From: a virus
Lineage: Duplodnaviria; Caudoviricetes
Length of the DNA: 37,876 nucleotides
Strand: one strand, 5' to 3'
IMG/VR virus record: IMGVR_UViG_3300048886_001340
Location: 1 to 37,876 of that record
Numbering within the stretch: the stretch's first letter is position 1; every line of letters begins with the position of its first letter. Positions 19,435 to 28,142 of this stretch are shown here, piece by piece. Below the pieces are notes generated by a model. It saw nothing but the letters and a program-made list of their open reading frames with translations, did no database searches and was not told where the DNA came from. Made by a program: the position numbers and the translations under genes.

Positions 19435-20373
19435 ATGAAAAACATTTTATATTATTATCACGATTCTTGTGGTATAGGTGATTTTTATCTATTGTTCCCT
19501 ATATTTGATGCATTAAGAAAAAAACATGAACACGATAATATCACTTTATTATCAAATGATACAATAAAAGATATTACATATAATAAAACTTGGTTTGATA
19601 ATTATATTAATATTTTTGAAACTGAATATCCGATAAACCGCTTTGATAAAGTTTATAATTGGGATATTCAAAAATATGGTATTACCTTATTTTACCCCCC
19701 TAAAAAACATTTCTGGGATATTGTCTCTTCTAATTTAGATATTGTATTAGATAGAGATAATTTCCCCAATGTCTTCCATTTAAATCTAACTGACGAAGAA
19801 AAACATCAAGTAGATGAATTTCTAAATCTTGCTAAAAATCCAAATATAGTTTTACATACAGGACATTCTTATAAATTTCCTTATGGGAAAACACCTAATT
19901 ATGAATGGTGGTATGACTTAACAGCATCATTACCTAATGTTAATTTTATTCAAGTTGGAACAAAAGAAGAACCATCTCAGGATCACCCCTCAAGAATAGT
20001 TCCAGATTTTAATATCCGTGCTGATAATCTTCTTGATTTGAGAGATAAACTTAATATTCGACAAGTTGCATATTTGATTGAACGTACAGATACATTTGTT
20101 GCTATTGATTCTATTGTTACTCACTTATCATTACATTCAAATAAAAAAGGTATTGTATTATGGGGAAGTTCTAATCCTAAAACACATGGACATGAACATA
20201 ATATAAATTTAGAAGCAATACGCCATTGTGGCCAACCTCCATGTATTGATAAAGGAAGTTTTTATGTTCCAGATGATTTAAATCAAAGATGTTGTCTCTT
20301 ACCAGAAAATGCTAGAAAAGATGTCTGGCCACTACTAGATGAAGTAGTACATGAAATAAATTCAATATTATGA
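19435..20373 (+). CDS. Glycosyltransferase family 9 (heptosyltransferase-like, GT-B fold)
   Basis: GIGD..L..P...ALR N-terminus, IQVG, DLRDKL.IRQVAYLI.....FVAIDS...HL, IVLWG, and a Cys-containing C-terminus. Confidence 0.85.
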   Translation: MKNILYYYHDSCGIGDFYLLFPIFDALRKKHEHDNITLLSNDTIKDITYNKTWFDNYINIFETEYPINRFDKVYNWDIQKYGITLFYPPKKHFWDIVSSNLDIVLDRDNFPNVFHLNLTDEEKHQVDEFLNLAKNPNIVLHTGHSYKFPYGKTPNYEWWYDLTASLPNVNFIQVGTKEEPSQDHPSRIVPDFNIRADNLLDLRDKLNIRQVAYLIERTDTFVAIDSIVTHLSLHSNKKGIVLWGSSNPKTHGHEHNINLEAIRHCGQPPCIDKGSFYVPDDLNQRCCLLPENARKDVWPLLDEVVHEINSIL

Positions 20374-21188
20374 AAAACTTATATGTTGTAACGGGTGGGC
20401 TAGGTAAAACCTTACTTTGGACATCCTTAATACCCAGTCTTTGTAAGAAAGATGAGGTAGATAAAATATCTGTAATGACAGTTTGGCCTTTTCTTTTTGA
20501 AATAAATGATCAAATAGAAAATATTGAACCTCTTCTCGATTTTAGACATTTCCCCCATTTAGAAAAATATGATAATATCATATATCATGAACCATACTTA
20601 TCAGATTATCTAAAAGAAGAAAATCTCCACATGTTAGATTATTGGGCAGATGCTTATGGTATAGAAAGAATTCCCCCTAAACCAATTATAGATTACAGTA
20701 TCGCTTCTACTACAAAGTTTGAACTAAGTGAATCATTAACAGATCCTTATTATGTAATACAATTTATTGGTGGTGCTTCTAGACATGGTGAACATAAACT
20801 TTGTCCAAGAGATTATAGGCCAGATTTAATAGAAAAATTAAATCGTAAAATAAAAAATGAATTTAATTTAAAATGTGTTTGTTTTAGATATGAAAATGAA
20901 CCAAAGCCATCAGATACTATAACATTTAGATCTCGTACAGAAATAGACACATTAGGAATAATACCTCTTATTGATAATGCCAAATTTGTAGTATGTATAG
21001 ATTCAGCTTTAATGCATTTTGCGGCCGCAACAAATAAAGATGAAAAAACAATCGTTCTTTGGAATAAACCTCAAACCACCCCTAGCCGAATTGGTTATCC
21101 TCAACAAACTAACATTATTGATGAAAACGAATTATGTATTGAACTACCCCCCGAAGAAATTCTTAATAAGATAAAGGAAGTTGTATAA
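20370..21188 (+). CDS. GT9-like glycosyltransferase
   Basis: GGLGK N-terminal loop, YHEPY, LIDNAKFVVCIDSALMHFAAA, IVLW. ATGA overlap with the previous gene. Confidence 0.75.
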   Translation: MKNLYVVTGGLGKTLLWTSLIPSLCKKDEVDKISVMTVWPFLFEINDQIENIEPLLDFRHFPHLEKYDNIIYHEPYLSDYLKEENLHMLDYWADAYGIERIPPKPIIDYSIASTTKFELSESLTDPYYVIQFIGGASRHGEHKLCPRDYRPDLIEKLNRKIKNEFNLKCVCFRYENEPKPSDTITFRSRTEIDTLGIIPLIDNAKFVVCIDSALMHFAAATNKDEKTIVLWNKPQTTPSRIGYPQQTNIIDENELCIELPPEEILNKIKEVV

Positions 21189-22024
21189 TGAGTACTTTAT
21201 TTGTTATTGTTGGTGGATTGGGAAAAAGTATAATATGGACATCACTTATAGAAAAATTAAATGCCAAATATGGGAAAAAAATTTCTGTGATGACTCCCTG
21301 GCCTTTAGTATTTCATAATAACGAAAACATAGATCGTATAGAATCTTTATTACACTTCCATTATTATGAACAATTAAAAATATATGATGATATAATTTAT
21401 CACGAACCATATTTTTCTGATTTTTTACAACATAAAGATAAACATGTATTAGAAAGTTGGACTCAAGCTTATGGAATTGAAGATGTAATAAACAAACCCT
21501 ATTTGAATAACAAATCAAGTATAGATAATACGCATAAATATTTAAGTGAAAAGGTACAAAATGATTATTGTATTGTACAACTTACTGCTGCTCCTAATTA
21601 TTATGATACGTATGCAGGAGAAAATAAAAGTAGTTTTAATATAAAATCATATCATCCTCAATTAATTGAAAAATTAATTCATAAAATTAAACGTGATTTA
21701 AATTTAGATATTATATGTTTACGGCGGGATACGGATCACAAACCTTCTAATACAATAACTTATGATCCTCCAGATTATGGGGGAGTATTAGATATGGTGT
21801 CTTTGATAAATGAGGCTAAATTTATAGTTTGTATTGATTCATCATTAATGCACTTGGCAGCTACCACTAATAAAACAAAAGAAGTCATTGTATTATGGAA
21901 TGAAACACAACAAAGTTATAAGCGTGTAGGATATGACTTTTTAACAAATATGTCATGTAGTAATAACATGTACAATGATATTCCCCCTAAAGAAATTTTT
22001 AGTAAAATAGAGGAAGTTTTATGA
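21188..22024 (+). CDS. GT9-like glycosyltransferase (paralog of 20370-21188)
   Basis: GGLGK, YHEPY, LINEAKFIVCIDSSLMHLAA, IVLW. TAATG coupling. Confidence 0.75.
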   Translation: MSTLFVIVGGLGKSIIWTSLIEKLNAKYGKKISVMTPWPLVFHNNENIDRIESLLHFHYYEQLKIYDDIIYHEPYFSDFLQHKDKHVLESWTQAYGIEDVINKPYLNNKSSIDNTHKYLSEKVQNDYCIVQLTAAPNYYDTYAGENKSSFNIKSYHPQLIEKLIHKIKRDLNLDIICLRRDTDHKPSNTITYDPPDYGGVLDMVSLINEAKFIVCIDSSLMHLAATTNKTKEVIVLWNETQQSYKRVGYDFLTNMSCSNNMYNDIPPKEIFSKIEEVL

Positions 22025-23262
22025 ATTTCAAAAAAAGATTTTCAATTGCACATCCTGAAAAGGATATGGAAAATTGTCCAAATCATTATTATTTGATTTT
22101 AAAGAATACTCCTCAATCTATTTTAAATGAAATAGAGGACATATATTTTGGGAAAAACTTCTATTATACATTTAGGAGACAACGTAAGTTTCTTGGTAAT
22201 GCAATGGGACAAGAAGCAACGGATGAACATATAACTAATCTTCTACGAATACAAGAAGAACTAGGAGTTGAAGTTTCTCTTACAATAAATCAGACAGTCT
22301 GGCCAGATGAATTGATTCTAGATCAAACATTGCAAGATGAATTTGTGGAATGGGTTGGTGGTTATTATGATCGCGGATTAAGAAGTTGTACTATATCTTC
22401 CAAACACTTAATGAGGACAATGAAACTACAACATCGATGTCCTGACATGAAGTGGAAAAATACTGTAAATCATATAATATCTGATGGACAACAAGTAGCC
22501 GATACAATAGGAATTGGATATGACACAATACTTCTTGATCGTTCATTAAATAGAAACATTAAAGAGTTGCGGCGCATAAATAAACTTATACAAAGGCAGC
22601 AAAGACCAATAAGAACTTCGCTTCTTGTATCAGAAGGATGTTTATATCGTTGTCCCTTTAAATTAGAACATGATATGGCATCAACAGTTATAGGTGGAAA
22701 CTATTGGGGTGGTGATAATGCTCTATCATCTCTTTCATGTAATAATTGGAAATCTGATAAAATGGATCAATTACCAAGAAATGGAATTGATATGGTTACT
22801 ACTGATAAAGAAATGTTGGATCAGTATTTAGATAAAAAAGTGGGAGGCGTTGACATATTAAAAACTTCTGGAAGATTTGATGGTAGATTATATAATCGTT
22901 TTACTGAAGATGAAATTAAAAACCAGAATGTAAAATTGATGAGAAGATTTGATTCTTTAATTGCTTCATCGTTTAGTGATGTTTATGAGATAAATGCAAT
23001 TCCTTTTGATCAATGGTTAATACTTACACCAATGGCAGAAGAGGCCAATTTAACAAAAGATAGATATCAAAAATATCATGATGAACATTTACAAGATGAA
23101 ATTTGGTTATCAGAAAAGGGTAAGAGATTGAATAGAATACTTTTAAATTGTAGATCTCAATGTTATGATTGTCATGAATGTGAAAGAACATTTGGTGTTC
23201 CGGATTATGACAGTTCAATAAAAGAAAAAGATGCGGAAGAAAGATTTGCTAGAGTAAATTAG
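22021..23262 (+). CDS. Peptidase U32-family-like protein (putative Fe-S enzyme)
   Basis: SLTIN, TVN, G.D.I.LDR.LNR..K.L..I, LLVSEGCLYRCP, a further Cys, LKTSGR, and C-terminal CRSQCYDCHEC. Confidence 0.65.
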   Translation: MNFKKRFSIAHPEKDMENCPNHYYLILKNTPQSILNEIEDIYFGKNFYYTFRRQRKFLGNAMGQEATDEHITNLLRIQEELGVEVSLTINQTVWPDELILDQTLQDEFVEWVGGYYDRGLRSCTISSKHLMRTMKLQHRCPDMKWKNTVNHIISDGQQVADTIGIGYDTILLDRSLNRNIKELRRINKLIQRQQRPIRTSLLVSEGCLYRCPFKLEHDMASTVIGGNYWGGDNALSSLSCNNWKSDKMDQLPRNGIDMVTTDKEMLDQYLDKKVGGVDILKTSGRFDGRLYNRFTEDEIKNQNVKLMRRFDSLIASSFSDVYEINAIPFDQWLILTPMAEEANLTKDRYQKYHDEHLQDEIWLSEKGKRLNRILLNCRSQCYDCHECERTFGVPDYDSSIKEKDAEERFARVN

Positions 23263-23282
23263 AACCTGCAGGAAAGATATAA

Positions 23283-23960
23283 ATGGCCGAAGAACATAAT
23301 CAAAATAATCAATTTTTTTATACAAATTTAGAAGCTTTTTCAAAAGATTTCTGTGAACAATTAATAAAAGATTTTAAAACTTTAGAATTTGTTGAAGCTA
23401 AAGTGTATAATCCAGTTACGCCTGACATAAAATCTTTTTTGAGAGAGGCGTGGCATCCCTCAAGAAGAACTTGTGAAATTAATGCAGATCTGAATTGTAC
23501 ACAGCGTGGTGAGAAACATAAATTAGATTCATTAAATCAAATGGCAAGTCTTATGAACACATATTTAAAAACGATTAATAGAACTATATTTAAAGTTGAT
23601 TGTCCCGATAAAGTATCTGATATACAAATTATAAAATATGATGCGGATCATAACCTAGATACAAAAGACCTTCCACACTTTGATTGGCATGTTGATGATA
23701 TGTGGATTCAACAAGCAGATAAGGAAGATGTTTTGATAAGAAAACTTACGATGACTTGTATAATTAGTGATGGAGAAAAAGATTTTGAGGGCGGCAATGT
23801 AGAGTTTTTTGATGTACCAGAAGGTACACTTGATTATGATGGCCGGAAACAAGGATCAATGATAATGTTTCCTTCTTTTTTAAAACATCGTGTATCGAAT
23901 GTAACAAGTGGGGTACGATACGTAGTTAATGCTTGGGTTTATGGCCCTGCTTGGAGATAA
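23283..23960 (+). CDS. 2OG-Fe(II) oxygenase (prolyl-4-hydroxylase/PKHD-like)
   Basis: FDWHVD (HxD), RKLT, DFEGG, G..I.FPSFLKHRV..VTSG.RY...W. Confidence 0.9.
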   Translation: MAEEHNQNNQFFYTNLEAFSKDFCEQLIKDFKTLEFVEAKVYNPVTPDIKSFLREAWHPSRRTCEINADLNCTQRGEKHKLDSLNQMASLMNTYLKTINRTIFKVDCPDKVSDIQIIKYDADHNLDTKDLPHFDWHVDDMWIQQADKEDVLIRKLTMTCIISDGEKDFEGGNVEFFDVPEGTLDYDGRKQGSMIMFPSFLKHRVSNVTSGVRYVVNAWVYGPAWR

Positions 23961-23963
23961 TTT

Positions 23964-25313
23964 GTGAATATATTAGGAATATCTGGATCTATTGGATGGG
24001 ATGGTAATTGGAGCATGATTGATGATAGAGATTATTGGGTTCATGGCTCCGGCGCTACATTAGTTATTGATGGGGAATTAAAAGGTGCATTATCAGAAGA
24101 ACGAATGACAAGAATTAAACATGATGGTAATTATCCCAAAAATACTATAAAAAAACTTTTAACGGAAAATAATTTAACAAATGATGATATTGATGTAATA
24201 ACATATGTTTCTCCGGCGGTATTATTAAGTTATTCAAATAAGTTACATGGATATTTAACAACAAAATTAAGAGAATTATTTCCTAATGCACGTATACTAA
24301 CTCTTGATCATCATATTGCCCACGCCGCCGCTGCTTTTTTAACATCAGGTTTTGAAGAAGCTAATGTTTTTACATTTGATGGAGCAGGTGATTTTCATCC
24401 AGATCAAAAATATGATCAGCCTAAGTTAAATAATACTTCTTTCTTTAATGGCACACTTGAAGATAAAAAACTTACTAATATTCACAATACTTATATAGAT
24501 GAAAATCATACAAATTTATTTGGAGGAATTTATTCAGAATATGCTATAATGATATATGAAATGAAAGTAAATGGGATAATTCCATCCTCTGTAGGAATGT
24601 TAACGTATGTTGGAGATGATATAGATGAAAATACTGAAAATTATACTAAAATTATGAGGTCGGTATTAAATATTCATTCATTTGATGATTTTGTTGATAT
24701 AACTGATTATAATAGTAAAATTAAAGAATTTGATTTAAATCCGTATGATAATCCTGTATTGAGAGAAATCTTTCCAGGTAAAATCATGGGATTGGCTGCA
24801 TACGGCAATCATGAAAATTTAGATGCTCCTGATATCTTTGATTTCAAAAAATTAGATAATGATTTTCCTGAAACTACTGTTAACGGAAAAACATATATCA
24901 CGGAAATTTTTCCTGAAATTACTGTTAATAAGGAAACTAAAAAACATATAGTAGATCATAGTTCCGATTATACGCCAGAAGATATGGCAGCTTGGTTACA
25001 ATATAATTTTGAAAAATATTTACTTTTAATATTAAAAAATATACCCAAAAAATTTAAAAAGAAAAAATTATGTCTTGGTGGGGGATGTGCATTAAACATA
25101 TTAACTAATTCCAAAATTATTTCTGAGGGTATATATGAAGATGTTCATGTAAACACTGCACCTAATGATGATGGATTATCTTTTGGGGGCGCTGTATGGA
25201 CTGCATTCCGTCTGGAAGAAAATTTAGTATTACCAAAAAATCAAGGCTGTTTGGGACCATCATACAGTAATGAGTATATAAAAACATGTTTAGAAAATTA
25301 CAAAGGAGAATAA
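23964..25313 (+). CDS. Carbamoyltransferase N-terminal (Kae1-like) domain, NodU/CmcH/TobZ family
   Basis: ILGIS, EER.TRIKH, HHIAHAAAAF, DGAGD, GKIMGLAAYG, LGGGCALN...NS, PNDDGLSFG. GTG start. Confidence 0.9.
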   Translation: MNILGISGSIGWDGNWSMIDDRDYWVHGSGATLVIDGELKGALSEERMTRIKHDGNYPKNTIKKLLTENNLTNDDIDVITYVSPAVLLSYSNKLHGYLTTKLRELFPNARILTLDHHIAHAAAAFLTSGFEEANVFTFDGAGDFHPDQKYDQPKLNNTSFFNGTLEDKKLTNIHNTYIDENHTNLFGGIYSEYAIMIYEMKVNGIIPSSVGMLTYVGDDIDENTENYTKIMRSVLNIHSFDDFVDITDYNSKIKEFDLNPYDNPVLREIFPGKIMGLAAYGNHENLDAPDIFDFKKLDNDFPETTVNGKTYITEIFPEITVNKETKKHIVDHSSDYTPEDMAAWLQYNFEKYLLLILKNIPKKFKKKKLCLGGGCALNILTNSKIISEGIYEDVHVNTAPNDDGLSFGGAVWTAFRLEENLVLPKNQGCLGPSYSNEYIKTCLENYKGE

Positions 25314-25314
25314 T

Positions 25315-26154
25315 ATGAAATATTTTGCAGATAATTTATCTTTGTTTGAATTGAGTTCAAACATGGAAATACGAGTTGAAATGATTGCAGAGACATATCC
25401 AGTTCTTATTATAGATAATGTATATAAAGATCCAGATAAAATGTATGATTTTGTAGATAGATTACCTATACCAGTTGCAGATATTGAGGGCAAAAAACAT
25501 TATGGTAATAGATTTACAATTGATAATTTTATAGCAAATGAAAATTTTTTAACTAGTTTAGCTATGATTATTTTACATAAATTAGAATTGTATGATCGAA
25601 TTCCCATAGAAGGGCTTTCGGATGTTACTAATAATAATCAATTTTGTTTAAACACTATACACCAAGATAAAAAATATGGTGTAACAGGAGATCAAAGAAA
25701 AGAATCTTATATTCCTCATGCAGATTTTAATGCCTGTACCTCTATAATTTATTTAAGCAAAGACGATATAAAGACTAATGGTACAGGCATATATAAACAT
25801 AAAAAGTCTCAATGTATTGGTTTTCCTCAAGATGATTTTCAAATGGATTACTTATGTGATAAGGAAGAACTTTCAAAACAAGATATGAAAACTAAATTGG
25901 GAGTATTAGAGCTACATCCCACACCCTTAAAATATAATGAATGTATACTTGAATCTAATGATGAATGGGAACTATTATGGAGATCTGAAGGCAAATTTAA
26001 TCAAATGGTATCTTATATGGCAGGATTATTTCATTCGGCTTTATTTGATATTAATGAATTGGAAGATAAAAAACGACTTTCTCAAGTTGTATTTTGGCAA
26101 TTTTTTGGTCAGCATCGACATTATCCAGATAAATTAAAAAATTTAAATAAATGA
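25315..26154 (+). CDS. DUF6445-like putative 2OG-Fe(II) dioxygenase-fold protein
   Basis: VLIIDNVYKDPD, PHAD (HxD), IIYLS, GTGIYKH, FNQMV.Y...LFHS, R..QV.F. Confidence 0.7.
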   Translation: MKYFADNLSLFELSSNMEIRVEMIAETYPVLIIDNVYKDPDKMYDFVDRLPIPVADIEGKKHYGNRFTIDNFIANENFLTSLAMIILHKLELYDRIPIEGLSDVTNNNQFCLNTIHQDKKYGVTGDQRKESYIPHADFNACTSIIYLSKDDIKTNGTGIYKHKKSQCIGFPQDDFQMDYLCDKEELSKQDMKTKLGVLELHPTPLKYNECILESNDEWELLWRSEGKFNQMVSYMAGLFHSALFDINELEDKKRLSQVVFWQFFGQHRHYPDKLKNLNK

Positions 26155-26714
26155 ATTACAAATATTATAAAGATTTCAATAAATTATGCGATCTTATCGT
26201 TGAAGATTTATTAGAAAATAAAATAATTGGTTGGTTTCAAGGAAAAAGTGAATTTGGCCCAAGAGCATTGGGAAATAGATCTATACTCGCAAATCCTACT
26301 CTTCCTGATAACAAAGATTATATTAATGAAAGAGTAAAACATAGAGAAGGATGGAGGCCTTACGCACCCATTATGTTAGAGGAATATGTACACGATTGGT
26401 ATGACATCCCCAAAACTTCATCACCATATATGTTATTTAATGCTTGGTTACTTCCAGAAAAGAAAGGTAAAGTACCAGCAGTAACTCATGTAGATGGTTC
26501 TGCGAGAATACAAACTGTAACAGAAGAATTGAATAAACCGATTTTTCAGTTATTGACCAAGTGGAATGAAAAAACTAATGTTCCTATATTGTTGAATACA
26601 TCATTTAATGTTAATGCTGAACCCATAATAGAATCTCCTGAAAATGCCCTAAGAACATTTATGAGCACAAATATAGATGTGTTAGTTATGGAAAATTATA
26701 TAGTTACAAAATAA
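26151..26714 (+). CDS. Carbamoyltransferase C-terminal (YrdC-like) domain
   Basis: IGWFQGKSEFGPRALGNRSILANP, VKHRE.WRPYAP, SPYM, VTHVDGSARIQTV, LLNTSFN..EPI. Confidence 0.92.
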   Translation: MNYKYYKDFNKLCDLIVEDLLENKIIGWFQGKSEFGPRALGNRSILANPTLPDNKDYINERVKHREGWRPYAPIMLEEYVHDWYDIPKTSSPYMLFNAWLLPEKKGKVPAVTHVDGSARIQTVTEELNKPIFQLLTKWNEKTNVPILLNTSFNVNAEPIIESPENALRTFMSTNIDVLVMENYIVTK

Positions 26715-26732
26715 CCACAAATTTCTTTATCA

Positions 26733-26740
26733 TATAAATA
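26733..26740 (+). promoter_or_regulatory. T4-type late promoter TATAAATA
   Basis: Exact consensus in the intergenic gap upstream of the neck gene cluster. Confidence 0.85.
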
Positions 26741-26787
26741 GTATAGAAACACTATATAAATTATACTATTATAAAAGGAGAAAGATT

Positions 26788-27135
26788 GTGGCATTAACCC
26801 TCCAAAAACAAACTATAAATCTTGTAATAGATCAAGGTTGTACGTTTGAAAGATTAATCTACGCACAAAATTCATCGGGGTCGAATGTTTCCGTTGGAGC
26901 AGGTACGGTCACCGGAAAGATGAGGCAATCTTATCATTCTGCAAATAATGTATTTACTTTTGGTATTAACCAAGCAGGATCAAATGTAACAATCTCGCTG
27001 ACTGCGAGCCAAACTGCCAACCTTCTCTCTGATCGCCAATACCTTTATGATGTTGAATATACTCAAAGTGATGGAACTACAGTAGAAAGAGTAGCAGAGG
27101 GAATTATAACAATAAATCCGGAGGCCACTAAATGA
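26788..27135 (+). CDS. Small virion structural protein (beta-sandwich) preceding gp13
   Basis: NLVIDQG.TF, ISLTA.QT..L, YLYDVE, RV.EG.I.I.P motifs. AAGGAG RBS and GTG start. Confidence 0.75.
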   Translation: MALTLQKQTINLVIDQGCTFERLIYAQNSSGSNVSVGAGTVTGKMRQSYHSANNVFTFGINQAGSNVTISLTASQTANLLSDRQYLYDVEYTQSDGTTVERVAEGIITINPEATK

Positions 27136-28139
27136 CACAGCCCATTTCTAGATACACTTTTAAGGACTATTGCAAACGAAAACTTGGTTGGCCGGTTGTA
27201 GAATTAAATTTAGATGATGATCAAATAGAAGATTGTATCGATGATTCACTTCAGTTTTTTCAAGAATATCATTATGATGGAACAGAAAACACATATCTAA
27301 AACATCAAATATCAGGATCAACTCTCAAATTAGCAGGAGCTCCCACAGGAACTTTTACTGTCGGCGAGACAATTACTGGCGGAAATAGTGGAGTTAAAGC
27401 AACTGTACATGAATATCATAGTGCTAATACCACAATAAGATATAAAGACCCAGAAGTTAAATTTGGCGGTGATGGTAATACGTATTATGCAAATACTACT
27501 ACTGTTTTTGGAACTAATGAAACTATTACAGGAGCCGAAAGTTCAGCAACAGCAACAAGTCATGCATCGACTGTTGCAGTACTTGGAGACTTTGATAACA
27601 AATACATATCGATAGCCGAGGCAATTATTGGAGTTCGAAGAATTATTCCTTTCTATGATAATTCTAGATCCAATTCTATGTTTTCTTCTAAGTATCAATT
27701 TGCACTAAGTGAAATGCATCAATTAGGAACAGGCTTAGTAAATTTTGAAATGGCACAAGAACATTTAAGCTTACTTAATGAAATGTTTACAGGAACTCCA
27801 ATGTTTAGATTTAATCGACACATGGATAGATTACATTTAGATGTTTCATGGGGCGGAGATGTTAATATAGATGATTGGATAGTTGTTGAATGTGATAAGA
27901 TTATTGATCCAGATTCTTTTGCTGATATTTGGAGTGATATGTTTCTCAAAAGATATAATACTGCATTAATGAAAAAGCAATGGGGTCAAAACCTCATTAA
28001 GTTTGAGGGTATGACATTGCCGGGTGGTATAACAATGAATGGCAGACAATTGTATGATGATGCACAAACAGAATTAGATACTATTTCAGAACAAATGCAA
28101 TTAAGATATGAATTGCCAGTAGATCATTTAATAGGTTAA
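27132..28139 (+). CDS. gp13: Neck protein gp13
   Basis: YC.RKLGWPVVELN.DDDQ.ED.IDD..Q...EYHYDG, and KKQWGQNL.KF.G..LPGG..MNG. Confidence 0.93.
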   Translation: MTQPISRYTFKDYCKRKLGWPVVELNLDDDQIEDCIDDSLQFFQEYHYDGTENTYLKHQISGSTLKLAGAPTGTFTVGETITGGNSGVKATVHEYHSANTTIRYKDPEVKFGGDGNTYYANTTTVFGTNETITGAESSATATSHASTVAVLGDFDNKYISIAEAIIGVRRIIPFYDNSRSNSMFSSKYQFALSEMHQLGTGLVNFEMAQEHLSLLNEMFTGTPMFRFNRHMDRLHLDVSWGGDVNIDDWIVVECDKIIDPDSFADIWSDMFLKRYNTALMKKQWGQNLIKFEGMTLPGGITMNGRQLYDDAQTELDTISEQMQLRYELPVDHLIG

Positions 28140-28142
28140 TAA

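Noticed and set aside
21533-21540. Intragenic CATAAATA as an internal promoter
   Set aside because: It is a non-consensus match inside a very AT-rich CDS and likely due to chance.
25315-26154. Intron or intein with homing endonuclease interrupting the carbamoyltransferase
   Set aside because: The ORF has oxygenase-like HxD...H motifs, not LAGLIDADG/HNH/GIY-YIG. There is no non-coding flank for a ribozyme, and both halves have their own stop and start.
19435-26714. DNA hypermodification cluster
   Set aside because: Not excluded, but disfavoured. There are no nucleotide kinase, thymidylate synthase-like or replication genes here, and the block lies in a late structural operon.
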